Of a stretch of DNA of 64,000 nucleotides, positions 50,021 to 62,339 are shown piece by piece; the first letter of the stretch is position 1, and the number at the start of each line of letters is the position of its first letter. The notes below the pieces were generated by a model. It was not told where the DNA came from. It did no database searches and was given only the letters and a program-made list of their open reading frames with translations. The translations under genes and the position numbers were made by a program. The DNA is from Mustelus asterias (Eukaryota): positions 61,380,001 to 61,444,000 of the forward strand of contig NC_135816.1 in the NCBI RefSeq assembly GCF_964213995.1, written 5' to 3'.

Positions 50021-51551
50021 TGAAGTAGGTCAGACTGCACTCACTCACAGTCACCTTCACTAGAAACAACAGGTAGATGGATAATCACCTCCATTTGTTG
50101 AAGATCACAATGGACATCGTGACAAAAGTTATACCCTGCGTTCCAAGCAGACCTGTAACAAACTCTGCAGTACTGCATTACCAGGTATTAATATTACAAC
50201 AGCCCATGATTTTCAAGTTTTGAACTCATTTCAGGCAGCAACTAGTAGCAGAATATGCCATCTGCTAATTTTAGATATATAAAATCTTGTTTGCTTGGAC
50301 TAGAGTAAGTTCACTTTCTTTGCCAAGGACGCACAATAGAAGCAAGGGAAGTCAGTGCGGCTTTATCGCATAGGCACAATCTAGAAGGTCTCCAGGTTAT
50401 AGATTGTACCTAATTAGCTCTTCAGGGATGCTCACAAGGTACTGCCAGCACCCACTCAAGTGTTGAATTCCTTTGTCACAATACCTGAACTTTACGTTGG
50501 GCCACCAAAGTGTGGGCGTCAGTGTAGCACCAAGATAATCAAGGCCACATCTTGCAACCATAGTTTAAGATACCTCTGCAGTGTCCTGGAACATCACTTG
50601 GGCAGAGACATGATAAGGCAGATGTATCCATCGCGACAACTCTTGTCCACTGCTGACATATTGAAGCATTATTTCATGTGCTTGGATACACCTCAGAGCA
50701 TCCTGTATTACAAGTTGATTATTACTTCAAGGATCAACAGTCTGTCCTATGCACAGGACAATACAAAGAGTCATTATCACAGAGTCTCCACAGCAGGCAG
50801 GCCTTGGAGCTTGTCAAGCAATCAACGGAAAGGAGCAAAGGTGACAAAGAGATTGCTGAATATAACTCAACGTCAGCCGTAAGAGCCAGTCAGCAATTTT
50901 TCCATCTGGTACAATTCTGTTAACTTGAAAATATGGTGAGATATTAAAATGAAAACTTGCATTTATATAACATCTTTAAGACAGAAAAGAAAGTACGAAG
51001 GCATTTCATAGAAGCATTCCTACAAAATTGGACAGATTGCCAGAGAAAAATGCGAAAACCCCCATGAGGTCCAAGGGGAATCACTTATTGAACTCCCTGT
51101 GGGGCTCGTAGAATATGAGTTCTCCTGGTAACAGGGAGAGTGGTCTACCCAGCAGGAACTCATCACCTAAGCTTTTTATAAGGCAGACCCAGGACTGGGC
51201 CTGCTGAACTGTAGTCCCAGGCAGGGATGAGTGTGTGTACACTACAGTAGTGGTTTTACTTTGCATTCTGTAAATAAACTATGTTCCTTTCCAGTCAGAC
51301 TGCCTGAATCATTACAAAAAGAGAAGGAAATCTAAAACTTGATCAAAGAGATGGGCTTAAAGAGGGTATTAAAAGAAGAGAAGAAATGGAGAGATGGAGG
51401 ATTTCAGGTAAGGATATCCAGATTTTTGCAACAAAATTTCTGAAAAGATACTGGCAAAGAAATTGATTGGTACCAACATATTGCTCAGGAAACAATCCAT
51501 GGAGGTGATTGCAATGTGGTTAAATGGGACTGGCAGTAACCAGCTCCACAT

Positions 51552-52713
51552 TAAGACCATAAGACATAGGAGCGGAAGTAAGGCCATTCGGCCCATCGAG
51601 TCCACTCCACCATTCAATCATGGTTGATTTCAACTCCATTTACCCGCTCTCTCCCCATAGCCCTTAATTCCTCGAGAAATCAAGAATTTATCAATTTCTG
51701 TCTTGAAGACGCTCAACGTCTCGGCCTCCACAGCCCTCTGTGGCAATGAATTCCACAGACCCACCACTCTCTGGCTGAAGAAATTTCTCCTCATCTCTGT
51801 TCTAAAGTGACTCCCTTTTATTCTAAGGCTGTGCCCCCGCGTCCTAGTCTCCCCTGTTAATGGAAACAACTTCCCTACGTCCATCCTATCTAAGCCGTTC
51901 ATTATCTTGTAAGTTTCTATCAGATCTCCCCTCAACCTCCTAAACTCCAATGAATATAATCCCACGATCCTCAGACGTTCATCGTATGTCAGGCCTACCA
52001 TTCCTGGGATCATCCGTGTGAATCTCCGCTGGACCCGCTCCAGTGCCAGTATGTCCTTCCTGAGGTGTGGGGCCCAAAATTGCTCACAGTACTCCAAATG
52101 GGGCCTAACCAGTGCTTTATAAAGCCTCAGAAGTACATCCCTGCTTTTGTATTCCAAGCCTCTTGAGATAAATGACAACATTACATTTGCTTTCTTAATT
52201 ACGGACTCAACCTGCAAGTTTACCTTTAGAGAATCCTGGACTAGGACTCCCAAGTCCCTTTGCACTTTAGCATTATGAATTTTGTCACCGTTTAGAAAAT
52301 AGTCCATGCCTCTATTCTTTTTTCCAAAGTGTACGACCTCGCACTTGCCCACATTGAATTTCATCAGCCACTTCTTGGACCACTCTCCTAAACTGTCTAA
52401 ATCTTTCTGCAGCCTCCCCACCTCCTCAATACTACCTGCCCCTCCACCTATCTTTGTATCATCGGCAAACTTGGCCAGAATGCTCCCAGTCCCGTCATCT
52501 AGATCGTTAATATATAAAGAGAACAGCTGTGGCCCCAACACTGAACCCTGCGGGACACCACTTGTCACCGGTTGCCATTCTGAGAAAGAACCTTTTATCC
52601 CAACTCTCTGCCTTCTGTCTGACAGCCAATCGTCAATCCATGTTAGTACCTTGCCTCGAATACCATGGGCCCTTATTTTACTCAGCAGTCTCCCGTGAGG
52701 CACCTTGTCAAAG
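51552..52713 (-). mobile_element. Young CR1 LINE, 5'-truncated, with an uninterrupted 357-aa RT C-terminal frame
   Basis: ORF 51630-52703: GVPQGSVLGP, FADDTK, RPHLEYC, RRLRGDLIE. Tail (TCTTATG)n. Confidence 0.95.
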
Positions 52714-54253
52714 GTATTTTTAATTTATCTTTGTGGTGGTGACCCTCAGTGGTCCTATTAGGAATGGCTTGTTAGACCATATATAAACCAAATAGTTGTA
52801 AGACAAGACGTTTTCACTCAGCAGTTTGGGTGTTTTTTCATAAGCATTTCAAGACGTGCCATTGTTATTGCATGGCTCAATGGTTCTATACGTAGTGGCT
52901 ACTTGGTGAGAGGGCATGAAGGATACAGGGGACATAGAAAGAGCATGGAGTCATGGAAATGGAATAGAGGGCATAGCAGTGGCATGATGGCATGGGACAA
53001 TGAGGTGCCATGGGGGCTGTGGAAGGCATGGAAGGGGCATGAGTAGAGAAGGCTAGAGAGCCTAACATTTGTTGATGCAACTGGGATAACATCACAGAGA
53101 ACTGAGGCAGGTATTCTTATCAGCCGACCTCAGCACTCGCCTGCCTCTGTGGCCACAGTTGAACAGCCTCTAGGGTCAGCGAACCTGACTTGATCCTACC
53201 TCCACCTCCCATAGTGAAAATAATGTGTTGTTATGACCCCAGTTGATGTTACCACAGGATGGGAAAATTCCAGAAGGGAACCTCAGTTCAAAAGATTGTA
53301 ACTTACACTTTTTTTAGAAAACATGGAGGAACAGAGTCTAAGGAGAGCTAATTAGTTTTAACAGCAAGAAAAAAAATGATTAAACAGGAGACGTTTTATT
53401 ATGATACAATACTCCTTTAATCCCCATTTAGCTTCACATATCTGTTCCTTTCTCAAAGATAACACTCCACTCTGAAACCAAATGGCCAATGCCACTCGAC
53501 TGATCTTCCACGAATTTCTCTCACAATCCCCCAGATGACTGTCGCAAGAGTTCACTCCCAAAAATACATGCTTTGAAATCTTGGCCGCGATTCTCCCAAA
53601 ATGGTTAATTGGTGGCAGAACTGTTCTAAATCCCGACTGTTTCCTCAGTTCAGCTTCTCACCCGAATCTCTCCACACTGTGCACTGCAGAGAGCCCAGTC
53701 GTGAATATCATTTAACGCTCGGGGGGCGGGATCAAAGAGCCTGAAAACAGCGGGTTGAGTGGGAACCTGCGCATGCGCACATTGCTGGCTGATCACGGAA
53801 AAGACCTCCCTGCATCCAGATCATTGCCATCCAAACCACTGACCTCATCACTGGCCCCCACAACCCACCCCACACACATCGCTGGCCCCCCCACAGAGAC
53901 ATCATTGGCCTCATTGCTGGCTCCCACAACCCCCCCACAGTGACATCGCTGGCCCCCACCCCGCCGTCTCCCCCACACACAGACATGGCTGCCCGCTCAC
54001 CTCATGCCCCCATGGATCCGGATAATGCGGGAACACAATCCCTCCATTCCTTGAACATACTGTCCTCACTGCTGCCCTGCAAAGAACTAGCGTTCTGCTG
54101 ACATGCACAACCCCAGCTTGTGATCATTCCCCCTCTTGAATGGGAGCCCTGAGTATTGCACCCCTCCTGGACACAGCAGCCTATTGAATGGCAGCCAATC
54201 AGCACCCTGAGGTATGAATGACACTCAACTGAATGCAGCCATCAAAATCTCTC

Positions 54254-54707
54254 ACAGTCTATCTCACTGACCCCAGTCTATCTCACTGACCCCAGTCTAT
54301 CTCGCTGACCCCAGTCTATCTCACTGACCCCAGTCTATCTCGCTGACCCCAGTCTATCTCACTGACCCGTCTGTCTCATTGACCCCAGTCTACCTCAATG
54401 ACCCCAGTCTATCTCACTGACCCCAGTCTATCTCAGTGGCCCCTGTCTATCTCACTGACCCTAGTCTCTGTCAATGACCCCAGTCTATCTCAGTGACCCC
54501 AGTCTTTCTCACTGCCCCAGTCTATCTCAGTGACCCCAGTCCATCTCGGTGACCCCAGTCCATCTCGGTGACCCCAGTCCATCTCGGTGACCCCAGTCCA
54601 CCTCGGTGACCCCGGTCTACTGCCTGACCCCGGTCTACCGCACTGACCCCGGTCTACCGCACTGACCCCGGTCTACCGCACTGACCCCGGTCTATCTCGG
54701 TGACCCC
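54254..54707. repeat. 19-bp minisatellite (CAGTCTATCTCACTGACCC)n, about 24 copies
   Basis: Directly visible tandem array with block-wise variants. Confidence 0.95.
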
Positions 54708-54709
54708 AA

Positions 54710-55578
54710 CCGATTGCAACGGGATCTTGATCAATTGGGCCAGTGGGCTGATGAGTGGCAGATGGAGTTTAATTTAGATAAATGCGAGATGATGCATTTT
54801 GGTAGATTGAACCAGGGCAGGACTTACTCAGTTAATGGTAGGGCATTGGGAAGAGTTACAGAACAAAGAGATCTAGGTTCATAGCTCCTTGAAAGTGGAG
54901 TCACAGGTGGACAGAGTGGTGAAGAATGCATTCAGCATGCTTGGTTTAATTGGTCATAACATTGAATACAGGAGTTGGGAGGTCTTGTTGAAGTTGTACA
55001 AGACATTGGTAAGGCCACACTTGGAATACTGTGTGCAGTTCTGGTCACCCTATTATAGAAAGGATATTATTAAACGAGAAAAAGTGCAGAAAAGATTTAC
55101 TAGGATGCTACCGGGACTTGATGGTTTGAGTTATAAGGAGAGGCTGGATAGACTGGGACTTTTTTCTCTGGAGTGTAGAAGGCTGAGGGGTGACCTTATA
55201 GAAGTCTATAAAATAATGAGGGGCATAGATCAGCTAGATAGTCAATATCTTTTCCTAAAGGTAGGGGAGTCTAAAACTAGAGGGCATCGGTTTAAGGTGA
55301 GAGGGGAGAGATACAAAAGTGTCCAGAGGGGCAATTTTTTCACACAGAGGGTGGTGAGTGTCTGGAACAAGCTGCCAAAGGTAGTAGTAAAGGTGGGTAC
55401 AATTTTGTCTTTTAAAAAGCATTTAGACAGTTACAAGGGTACGATGGGTATAGAGGGATATGGGCCAAATGCGGACAATTGGGATTACCTTAGGGGTTTA
55501 AAAAAAAAGGGCGGCATGGACAAGTTGGGCCAAAGGGCTTGTTTCCATGCTGTAAACCTCTATGACTCTATGACTCTA
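54710..55578 (+). mobile_element. CR1 LINE 3' fragment nested in the Harbinger
   Basis: LYKTLVRPHLEYCVQFWSP...RRLRGDLIEVYK. Tail CTATGACTCTATGACTCTA. Confidence 0.93.
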
Positions 55579-55695
55579 AGTATTTGTTGCCAACGGGCCC
55601 TTGACTGGTCACACTCACTGCATCTGCACTCCCCTAATAAGCCAGAGCTGTGTATAAGCTGCAGGAATGGACACACAGCCAGTCACACCACAAAG

Positions 55696-57710
55696 ATGGC
55701 TGCTCGTAAACTGGCTCCCAGATTTTCGGAGGCAGACAAGGAGCATCTGTTAGATGCCGTGGAGGAGAGGCGTGAAGGTCTGTTCCCTGGCCAGGGCCCC
55801 AACCCAAGGGGTGCATCTGCCATGGCATTGTGGGAAGAGGTTGCAGAAGCGGTGAATGCCAGGAGCCTGACACCGCGCTCTGGCCGGCAGTGTCGCAAAA
55901 AAATGTACGACCTTCTGCGAGCAGCAAGGGTGAGTGAGCATTCTTCTTGGAACCGCGCACTTGCTTGGCACGGATCTCCAACCCTGCATAGACACCTGAG
56001 GGCCATGCAACAAGTTACCCTTCCCCCAGGAACAGAATCTAACCCCTTCCCCTCATCGAGCACCCTTCAGTGGTGACCGCTTTCCCCGAAACTGTCAGCA
56101 CAACGCCCGAGACACAGGCACGCATTGTGCACCATGCACTGCAATATGTTAATGCTTGCTATCCACCTTATGTTCCCACAGGAAAAGTTCATCCGCAATG
56201 CATGGGAGACGACACAGACTGGTGGTGGTGTGCCTGGCCTGCGGCAGCTGAGTAGCATGGAGGATTGTGCCATGGAGCTGGCAAGGGGTGATGGGCCATC
56301 CCGAATGATCATCGACAGCCAGGTCGGCGTACAGCATGCAAGTGAGCAGAAGCGCACCCTCAACCTTGGTCCTCTGCTCAACAAGTGCGATGCTGCATGG
56401 AATGTTTTGCCTCCCTCCCACTAATGTGTGTTCTTTTTTACAGCTCTGGACCCAGAGGAGCCTGGCCCTTCGAGTGTTGCCAGCACTCCCGCTGCCCTGG
56501 AGCAAACTGCGCACGATCCCCGGATGACACCTCGGAGGGAGGCACTGAGGAATCCTCCAAGGGCAGCTGAAGCATCATCAGCATGTACCACACAACCCAC
56601 CAACCTTGGTGGGTACCTTTAGTGTTGAGGCTTCTGGGCCACGATCTGGTGAGCACATCACAGCCGCTGATACACATCGGGTGGAGGCGGGCACATCCGA
56701 GGGCTCGGGCGCACGGAGGTCTGCCGGAGGCCAGGATTCAGCTGTCCCCAAGCCAGCTGCTGGGCTTCTGGGTTTGTTCCTCCCAAGGCTGGTGGAGGTG
56801 CATCAGGAAACCCGGGGAATTGTGGAAGGGCTGTCGGCAACCAGGCTGCGACTGCAAGGCTGTTTAGGGGAGTCAAACAGAGTGCTGTTGCAGGAGGTGG
56901 TGCCGACACAGCGTGAGACCCAGGCCAACACTGCAAAGGTGGCGACCACAGTGGAAAGTCTGGCTCAGGGGTCTGTCCTCATGGGTGACAGGGTCCAGGC
57001 CATCCTGGAAACACTACGGGCCACGGGCGAGTGTGTTTCCGGCATCCAGAAGGCACAGCGTTCGATGGGTGTCGGGGGCATGTGGGAGACACTGCTGGCC
57101 ATGGCTGGGACTCTCGCTGGCGTTCTGGAGACACAGCAGGCCATGGCTGTGAGCCTCAACAACATAGCCCAGGCTCAGAGGGCTACTGCTGAGGGGCGCC
57201 AGAGCCTGGCTTGCTCATAGAATGCTGTAGCAGAGGGGCTCCGGAGCTTGGCCCAGTCTCAGAGGGCCAGGGCATCACACATCATGGGGCAGACGTATCT
57301 AGGCCTCCAGGACTGGCAGAGCCAGGTGACGCCAAAGCTTCTGGAGCTCAGTCCAGCTGGCATCCCATGGAGTGCCCCTGCGGCCTCTGGGCACCCCAAG
57401 GGAGGAGGAAGGGCTTGAGGCCATGCCGGTGTCTTCCACCCACGAGATCTCGGAGGCCCAGAGACCTTCCGACTCCCCCCTTCCTCACACCAAGGCATCT
57501 CAGGGCCAGTGAGGTGAGCAGGGTGGCATCGAAACAGTGCCATCTGCAAGTCAGCCGGGGCCCTCCAGGTCCTGGCCACCCTTGGGACGTCCGCCAAGGG
57601 CATCACAGGCAACGGGGCGTGCATCACAGCTGGACACCTCCATCTCCGATGTGCAGCCTGGGGTAGCACCTAGAAGAAGCAGCAGACAGCACAAAGTTAG
57701 AAAGTTGTAG
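55696..57710 (+). pseudogene. Harbinger Myb/SANT-like DNA-binding gene, 3 exons (55696-55929, 56182-56341, 56444-57710)
   Basis: MAARKLAPRFSEADKEHLLDAVEERR...WEEVAEAVNA...RSGRQCRKKMYDL, then EKFIRN...TGGG. Canonical GT-AG sites with compatible phases. Frameshifts and stops in exon 3. Confidence 0.85.
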
Positions 57711-58363
57711 TGCATTAGAGGGCATGTGTGAAGGTCAGCATTAGTCAGGGTTTGGTAATCATTTATGTTAAGAACACAATAAATTGTTAATTGCACATCG
57801 CGCTGTGATTAATGTGTCTCGGATTCTCTTCCTCCCACATCTCAGTGTTCCCGATTCCCAAACATAGAGGTGCTGTCTGTTGAGCCTTGCAAACTCAGCC
57901 CATATTTCAGAGTGCCTGCCCTATCTTCCCCAACATCCACCAGACCCTTGGTGCAAGTGACCACCCCCCACCGCACACTCCCCCCTCCCCCCCCTCCCCC
58001 CCAACCCCGACCAAAAAATGTGTCCCCAACCCTTACAGCTATGTGGGCCAGGGTGGCAGCGTGCATTCGGAGTACAGGTAGGAGTCAGACTTGAATTGAA
58101 CCAGGGGCAGGTTCCCAGTGTGCACAACAGCGAGTCGTCATCATCCTTCAGTCTTCAACCAAGACTCGCAACCATTGCCAGCGCAGGCACATTAATAGGG
58201 CCGGATATTTCTGGGGGATATAGTGGTGGGATGAGAGAGGCTGGGGAAGGGTGATGTGGTGGTTTCGCGGCCAGGTTGATTTGGAGGGGGAATAACGGCT
58301 GCGCTTGCTCCTGGGGTGTGGTGGGTGTGTGTTGGAAGCACCCCCCTCTCTGCACAGCACCAG

Positions 58364-59600
58364 CTAGGTGAAGCGGGCTGCAATCAAGGCGTCCCTCATT
58401 GCCCTTCCCTGCTGGACACCTGCCATTGCCACCCACCATTTTTCCTCTGGCTCTTCATATGGCGGGATGCCCACCTCGTCCCCTCGCCGCTCCTCCTCCC
58501 CCTCCTCCTCCTCCAGCTGGTCTCCCCACTGCTGGGCAATGTGAAGAGCGCAGCAAATGATGATGATGTGTGAAGCCCACACAGGGTCACACTGGAGGGC
58601 CCCCCAGAGCGGTCCATGCAGCACAACTGCATCTTCAGCAGGCCGATGCAACGCTCAACGACGGACTGGGTGGCTGCATGGGCCTCGTTGTAGCGGGTCT
58701 CCGCCTCGGTCTCGGGCCTCTGCATAGGCGTCATCAGCCATGACCTTAGCGGGTCACCCTTGTCACCCAGAAGCCATCCTGGGAGCCTGGGCTGGTCTTC
58801 AAAGAGCTCAGGGATGTCCGACTGCCGAATCACAAAGCTGTCATGGACACTCCCTGGGTGGCGTGCATCGACCTGCATGATCTTCAGCCGATGGTCGCAG
58901 ACAATTTGGATGTTCAGGGAGTGGAACTCCTTCCTGTTCAAAGATTGCTGCGGTCCTGCATGGGGGGCCCGCAAGGTGATGTGTGTCCCATCCACTGCGC
59001 CCTGCACATTCGGAATCCCGGCGATGGAGGTGAAGCTGAGAGCCTGGGCCTCCTGCTGAGCGTGGCCCACATCTAAATTAATGAACTGCCCTGCCCGGGC
59101 TTACAGGGCATCTGCGACCTGCCACACACATCTGTGCACGGAGGCCTGGGAGATCCCAGCTGGGTCGCCACTGGGAGCCTGGAACGATCCGGAGGCATAG
59201 AAATTCAGGGCAGCTGTCACCTTCACATCCACAGGGAGTGGGTGGCTGTCCCTCCCCTGAGGTGCCAGGTGTGTGAGCACCTCACAAACGTGTGGCAGCG
59301 TGGTCTTGGACAGAGGCAACCGGCGACAGTAACTCTCCTCCGAGAGGGCCTCGAAGGAATTGCGGGGCCTGTATCTCCTTGCCCTCGGCACCCTCCGCCT
59401 TCTGTGCACCTTCTCAGGAGGCTGTCCTCCCACCTTCTGGCCCTCAGTGGCAGCCTCCTGCTCTCCTTCCTGAGGGTCTGGTGGTGGCTGCTCCTGCGGT
59501 GGTCTCTCCACGCCCGCCACCTCCTGAGCCGCTGCCTCCTCTTCCTCCTCCTTCTGCCACCAGCATGGCCACATCCAGATCAAGCAAACCGAGATCCATC
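58364..59600 (-). pseudogene. Harbinger DDE transposase (HARBI1-like), frameshifted
   Basis: VKVTAALNFYASGSFQ, GAVDGTHI, NIQIVCD, PGSVHDS, LLGDKG, YNEAH, VERCIGLLK, CCALH, LIAARF. Confidence 0.93.
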
Positions 59601-59703
59601 TGCACAGTGGGGTTTGGAAAGAGCATAGAATGATGGATTATTCTCATTGGCTGCATAGACACAGCACCACCCCAATCCCTCATTTGGGCCAGAATCCCCA
59701 CTT

Positions 59704-60022
59704 GGTAGGGGAGTCTAAAACTAGAGGGCATAGGTTTAAGGTGAGAGGGGAGAGATACAAAAGGGTCCAGAGGGGCAATTTTTTCACACAGAGAGTAGTG
59801 AGTGTCTGGAACAAGCTGCCAGAGGTAGTAGTAGAGGTGGGTACAATTTTATCTTTTAAAAAGCATTTAGATAGTTACATGGGTACGATGGGTATAGAGG
59901 GATATGGGCCAAATGGGGGCAATTGGGATTAGCTTAGGGGTTTTAAAAAAAAGGGCGGCATGGACAAGTTGGGCCAAAGGGCCTGTTTCCATACTGTAAA
60001 CCTCTATGACTCTATGATTCTA
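59704..60022 (+). mobile_element. CR1 LINE 3' fragment nested in the Harbinger
   Basis: Near-identical to 55260-55578. Confidence 0.93.
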
Positions 60023-60429
60023 TTGTGGGTGCTGGCAACCCCACACAATCCATGGTGCCATGCATGGCCCGATTAGGGTTGTGTGAGCTTCCCATCATGA
60101 CAATTGCTGGCACAGATTATGCAGGTCGGTGTGCAGCCGTGGGCAATGCGCACCCTTGAGCCAACTGCAGCATCCGTTACAGCTCGTGTTGCTGGTCCGT
60201 GTCACAGGGCAGGGACAGACTGCAAGTCAACACCAGATGTGTGCCCAGTGACAGCAGATTCCATGCAGTCCATGTCTGAACCTCTGCACCCCGGCCTGGA
60301 GCAGCAGCTGCTTCATCTGGTTAGGCCTCAGTCAGCACATGGTGCACTCCTCCCCCACCCCGGAACACCAGCACTCAGTCGAGTCCCTGACCACACCCCG
60401 CAGAAAGACAGTGCCACTGCAAAGTGTTC

Positions 60430-60850
60430 TGGAAGGGGGGAGGGGAAGCGGGAGTCCTCGAGGCTGCTTCCCACAGTGCGCTTCAGCGCTGCTTGGGGTT
60501 GGGGGGGGAGCGGAAGCACTCGACGCTGCCTCTCACAGTGCGCTTCAGCGCTACCCAGAAAGGGGGCGGGTTGGAGGGCGGAAGTGAGAGCCCTCGAGGC
60601 TGCCCCCCACAGTGCGCTTCAGAGCTACCCAGAAGGAGGGGAGTGGGGGGGAGAGGAGCACTCGACGCTGCCTTTCACAGTGCGCTTCAGTGCTGCTTGG
60701 AGGGGGGGTGGGGGTGGGGGGAGTGGGAGCACTCGACGCTGCCTCTCACAGTGCGCTTCAGTGCTGCTTGGAGGGGGGGTGGGGGTGGGGGGAGTGGGAG
60801 CACTCGACGCTGCCTCTCACAGTGCACTTCAGCGCTGCTTGGAGGAGGGC
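60430..60850. repeat. Tandem repeat, six units of ~63-73 bp with core CTCGACGCTGCCTCTCACAGTGCGCTTCAG and G-rich linkers
   Basis: Core counted six times. Confidence 0.9.
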
Positions 60851-61734
60851 GGAGCGGGACTCCCTGACGGAACCTCACCCAGGGAGTTGTGAGGAAATGG
60901 AAGCCCGTCTGACCACCCCCCCTCCCCGCCCCCCACAGATGTCACTCGTCAATGGGTCAAAACCTGAAGGCAATAGGAGGAAGGCCATCAGGCATCTCCA
61001 GGACCTCCCTGCAACATCCCCCGCGCTCCGATAGCAGCACTTATCTCCTCATGCCAGTTCAAGGCTGCCATGCCAGGTTGCGACTTTTAAATACCTATTC
61101 TGATTCGCGCCAAAATTACATCATTCCAAAGAGGTGGGAGACACAGACATGGGCTGAGATTGCCGTGTGGATTCCGATAATGGCATGCAAAGTATGTAAA
61201 CTCATGCTAAACAGCAGCCCACCGATTTTCAGCGGGTTCCTGGCAGCCATTTTGTTCTGATTGGGGGATACGCGCAGGTCATAAAAATTGTCGGGGAACC
61301 CGCGAAATGGCTGACATGCGGATCTCCCAGCCCGACACAACAGAAAAGTTGTAGGTTACAATGGGAGGATCGCAGCCCTTTAAAACAATGCTTTCCACCA
61401 CATGTTTGCATTAAAAATCTACTCCAGGTTTTCCCACTACCCTGCCAAACAAAGCTTCTGCTCTGTTTTTAACAAGGAATCCAGCACCAGGCTTTCCAAC
61501 TCTCCTTTCAGGTTTCCTTTGACTTAAATAATTTTACACAAACTCAGGTATTCAGTCTCCAGCAGAATACTATTGCTCAAACACTGGAAATAAAGACACC
61601 AAACTTTATGACTGCTTCAAATGTATGGCTTGTTTGTAGCCAACCCCATCAGCTCTTCTCTCCTCAGATCTGACTTTGAAGTTCAGTTCGAATGCTGATT
61701 TAAAATGAGCACACAGGATGATTTATTAAATTAA

Positions 61735-62145
61735 TTTGTGGAATATGGGTGTCCCTGTCTGGCCAGCATTTATTGCCCATCCCTAGTTGCCTTTGAGAAG
61801 GTGGTGGTGAGCTGCCTCCTTGAAATGCGGATACAACTGAGTGGCCTGCTGGGTCATTTCAGAGGGCAGTTGAGAGTCAACCACATTGCTGTGGCTCTGG
61901 AGTCACATGTAGGCCAGACCAGGTAAGAGCGGCAGATTTCCATCCCTAAAGGACATTAGTGAACCAGATGAGTTTTTCCGACAATCCACAATGGTTTTAT
62001 GGTCATCAGTAGATTCTCAATTCCAGATATTTTTCATTGAATTCAAATTCCACCATCTGCCGTGGCGGGATTTGAACCTGGGTTTCCAAAACATTGGCTG
62101 AGTTTCTGGATTAATAGTCTAGTTATAACACCACTCAGCCATCAT
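61735..62145 (-). mobile_element. LINE-tail/SINE-like repeat (GCCAGCATTTATTGCCCATCCCT family)
   Basis: Same sequence as 21345-21389/23188-23240, 36050-36310 and 47950-48050. Confidence 0.6.
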
Positions 62146-62339
62146 CTGGAGCAGAGGAGGGAAGGTGGCAGCTTTTGTTGCAGCGGATTGCAGAATTGTA
62201 GCGCCCTGCCCCTTATATGTATTGGCCACTGTTGGTATTACATTGTGGGGCGTATATGAGCGATCGATTTGGCAATCAGGAGTGAGAACACTGCCCACTA
62301 AATTACAATCAGGAGTGAGAACACGGGCCAGTAAATTAT

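Larger units (their letters stand above)
53583..61377. mobile_element. PIF/Harbinger DNA transposon, full structure, decayed
   Basis: TIRs GGCCGCGATTCTCCCA and TGGGAGGATCGCAGCC (14/16), 3-bp TSD CTT, and convergent Myb/SANT and DDE transposase genes. Confidence 0.88.

Noticed and set aside
50088-50152. Possible transmembrane exon on the minus strand (GLLGTQGITFVTMSIVIFNKWR) of an upstream TIM paralogue
   Set aside because: Short and only weakly hydrophobic, weak donor, and no supporting neighbouring exons.
50460-50923. 140-aa and 81-aa plus-strand ORFs in unique-looking DNA
   Set aside because: No recognisable motif or splice structure, and the lengths are compatible with chance.
54889-56076. 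395-aa ORF that looks like an RT-Myb/SANT fusion protein
   Set aside because: Chance in-frame read-through from a nested CR1 3' fragment, across its 3' UTR and tail, into Harbinger Myb exon 1 and its intron. It starts at TTG, and the Myb gene has its own ATG at 55696.
60104-61034. Long overlapping ORFs (262, 147 and 140 aa)
   Set aside because: Produced by the GC-rich tandem repeat within the Harbinger element.
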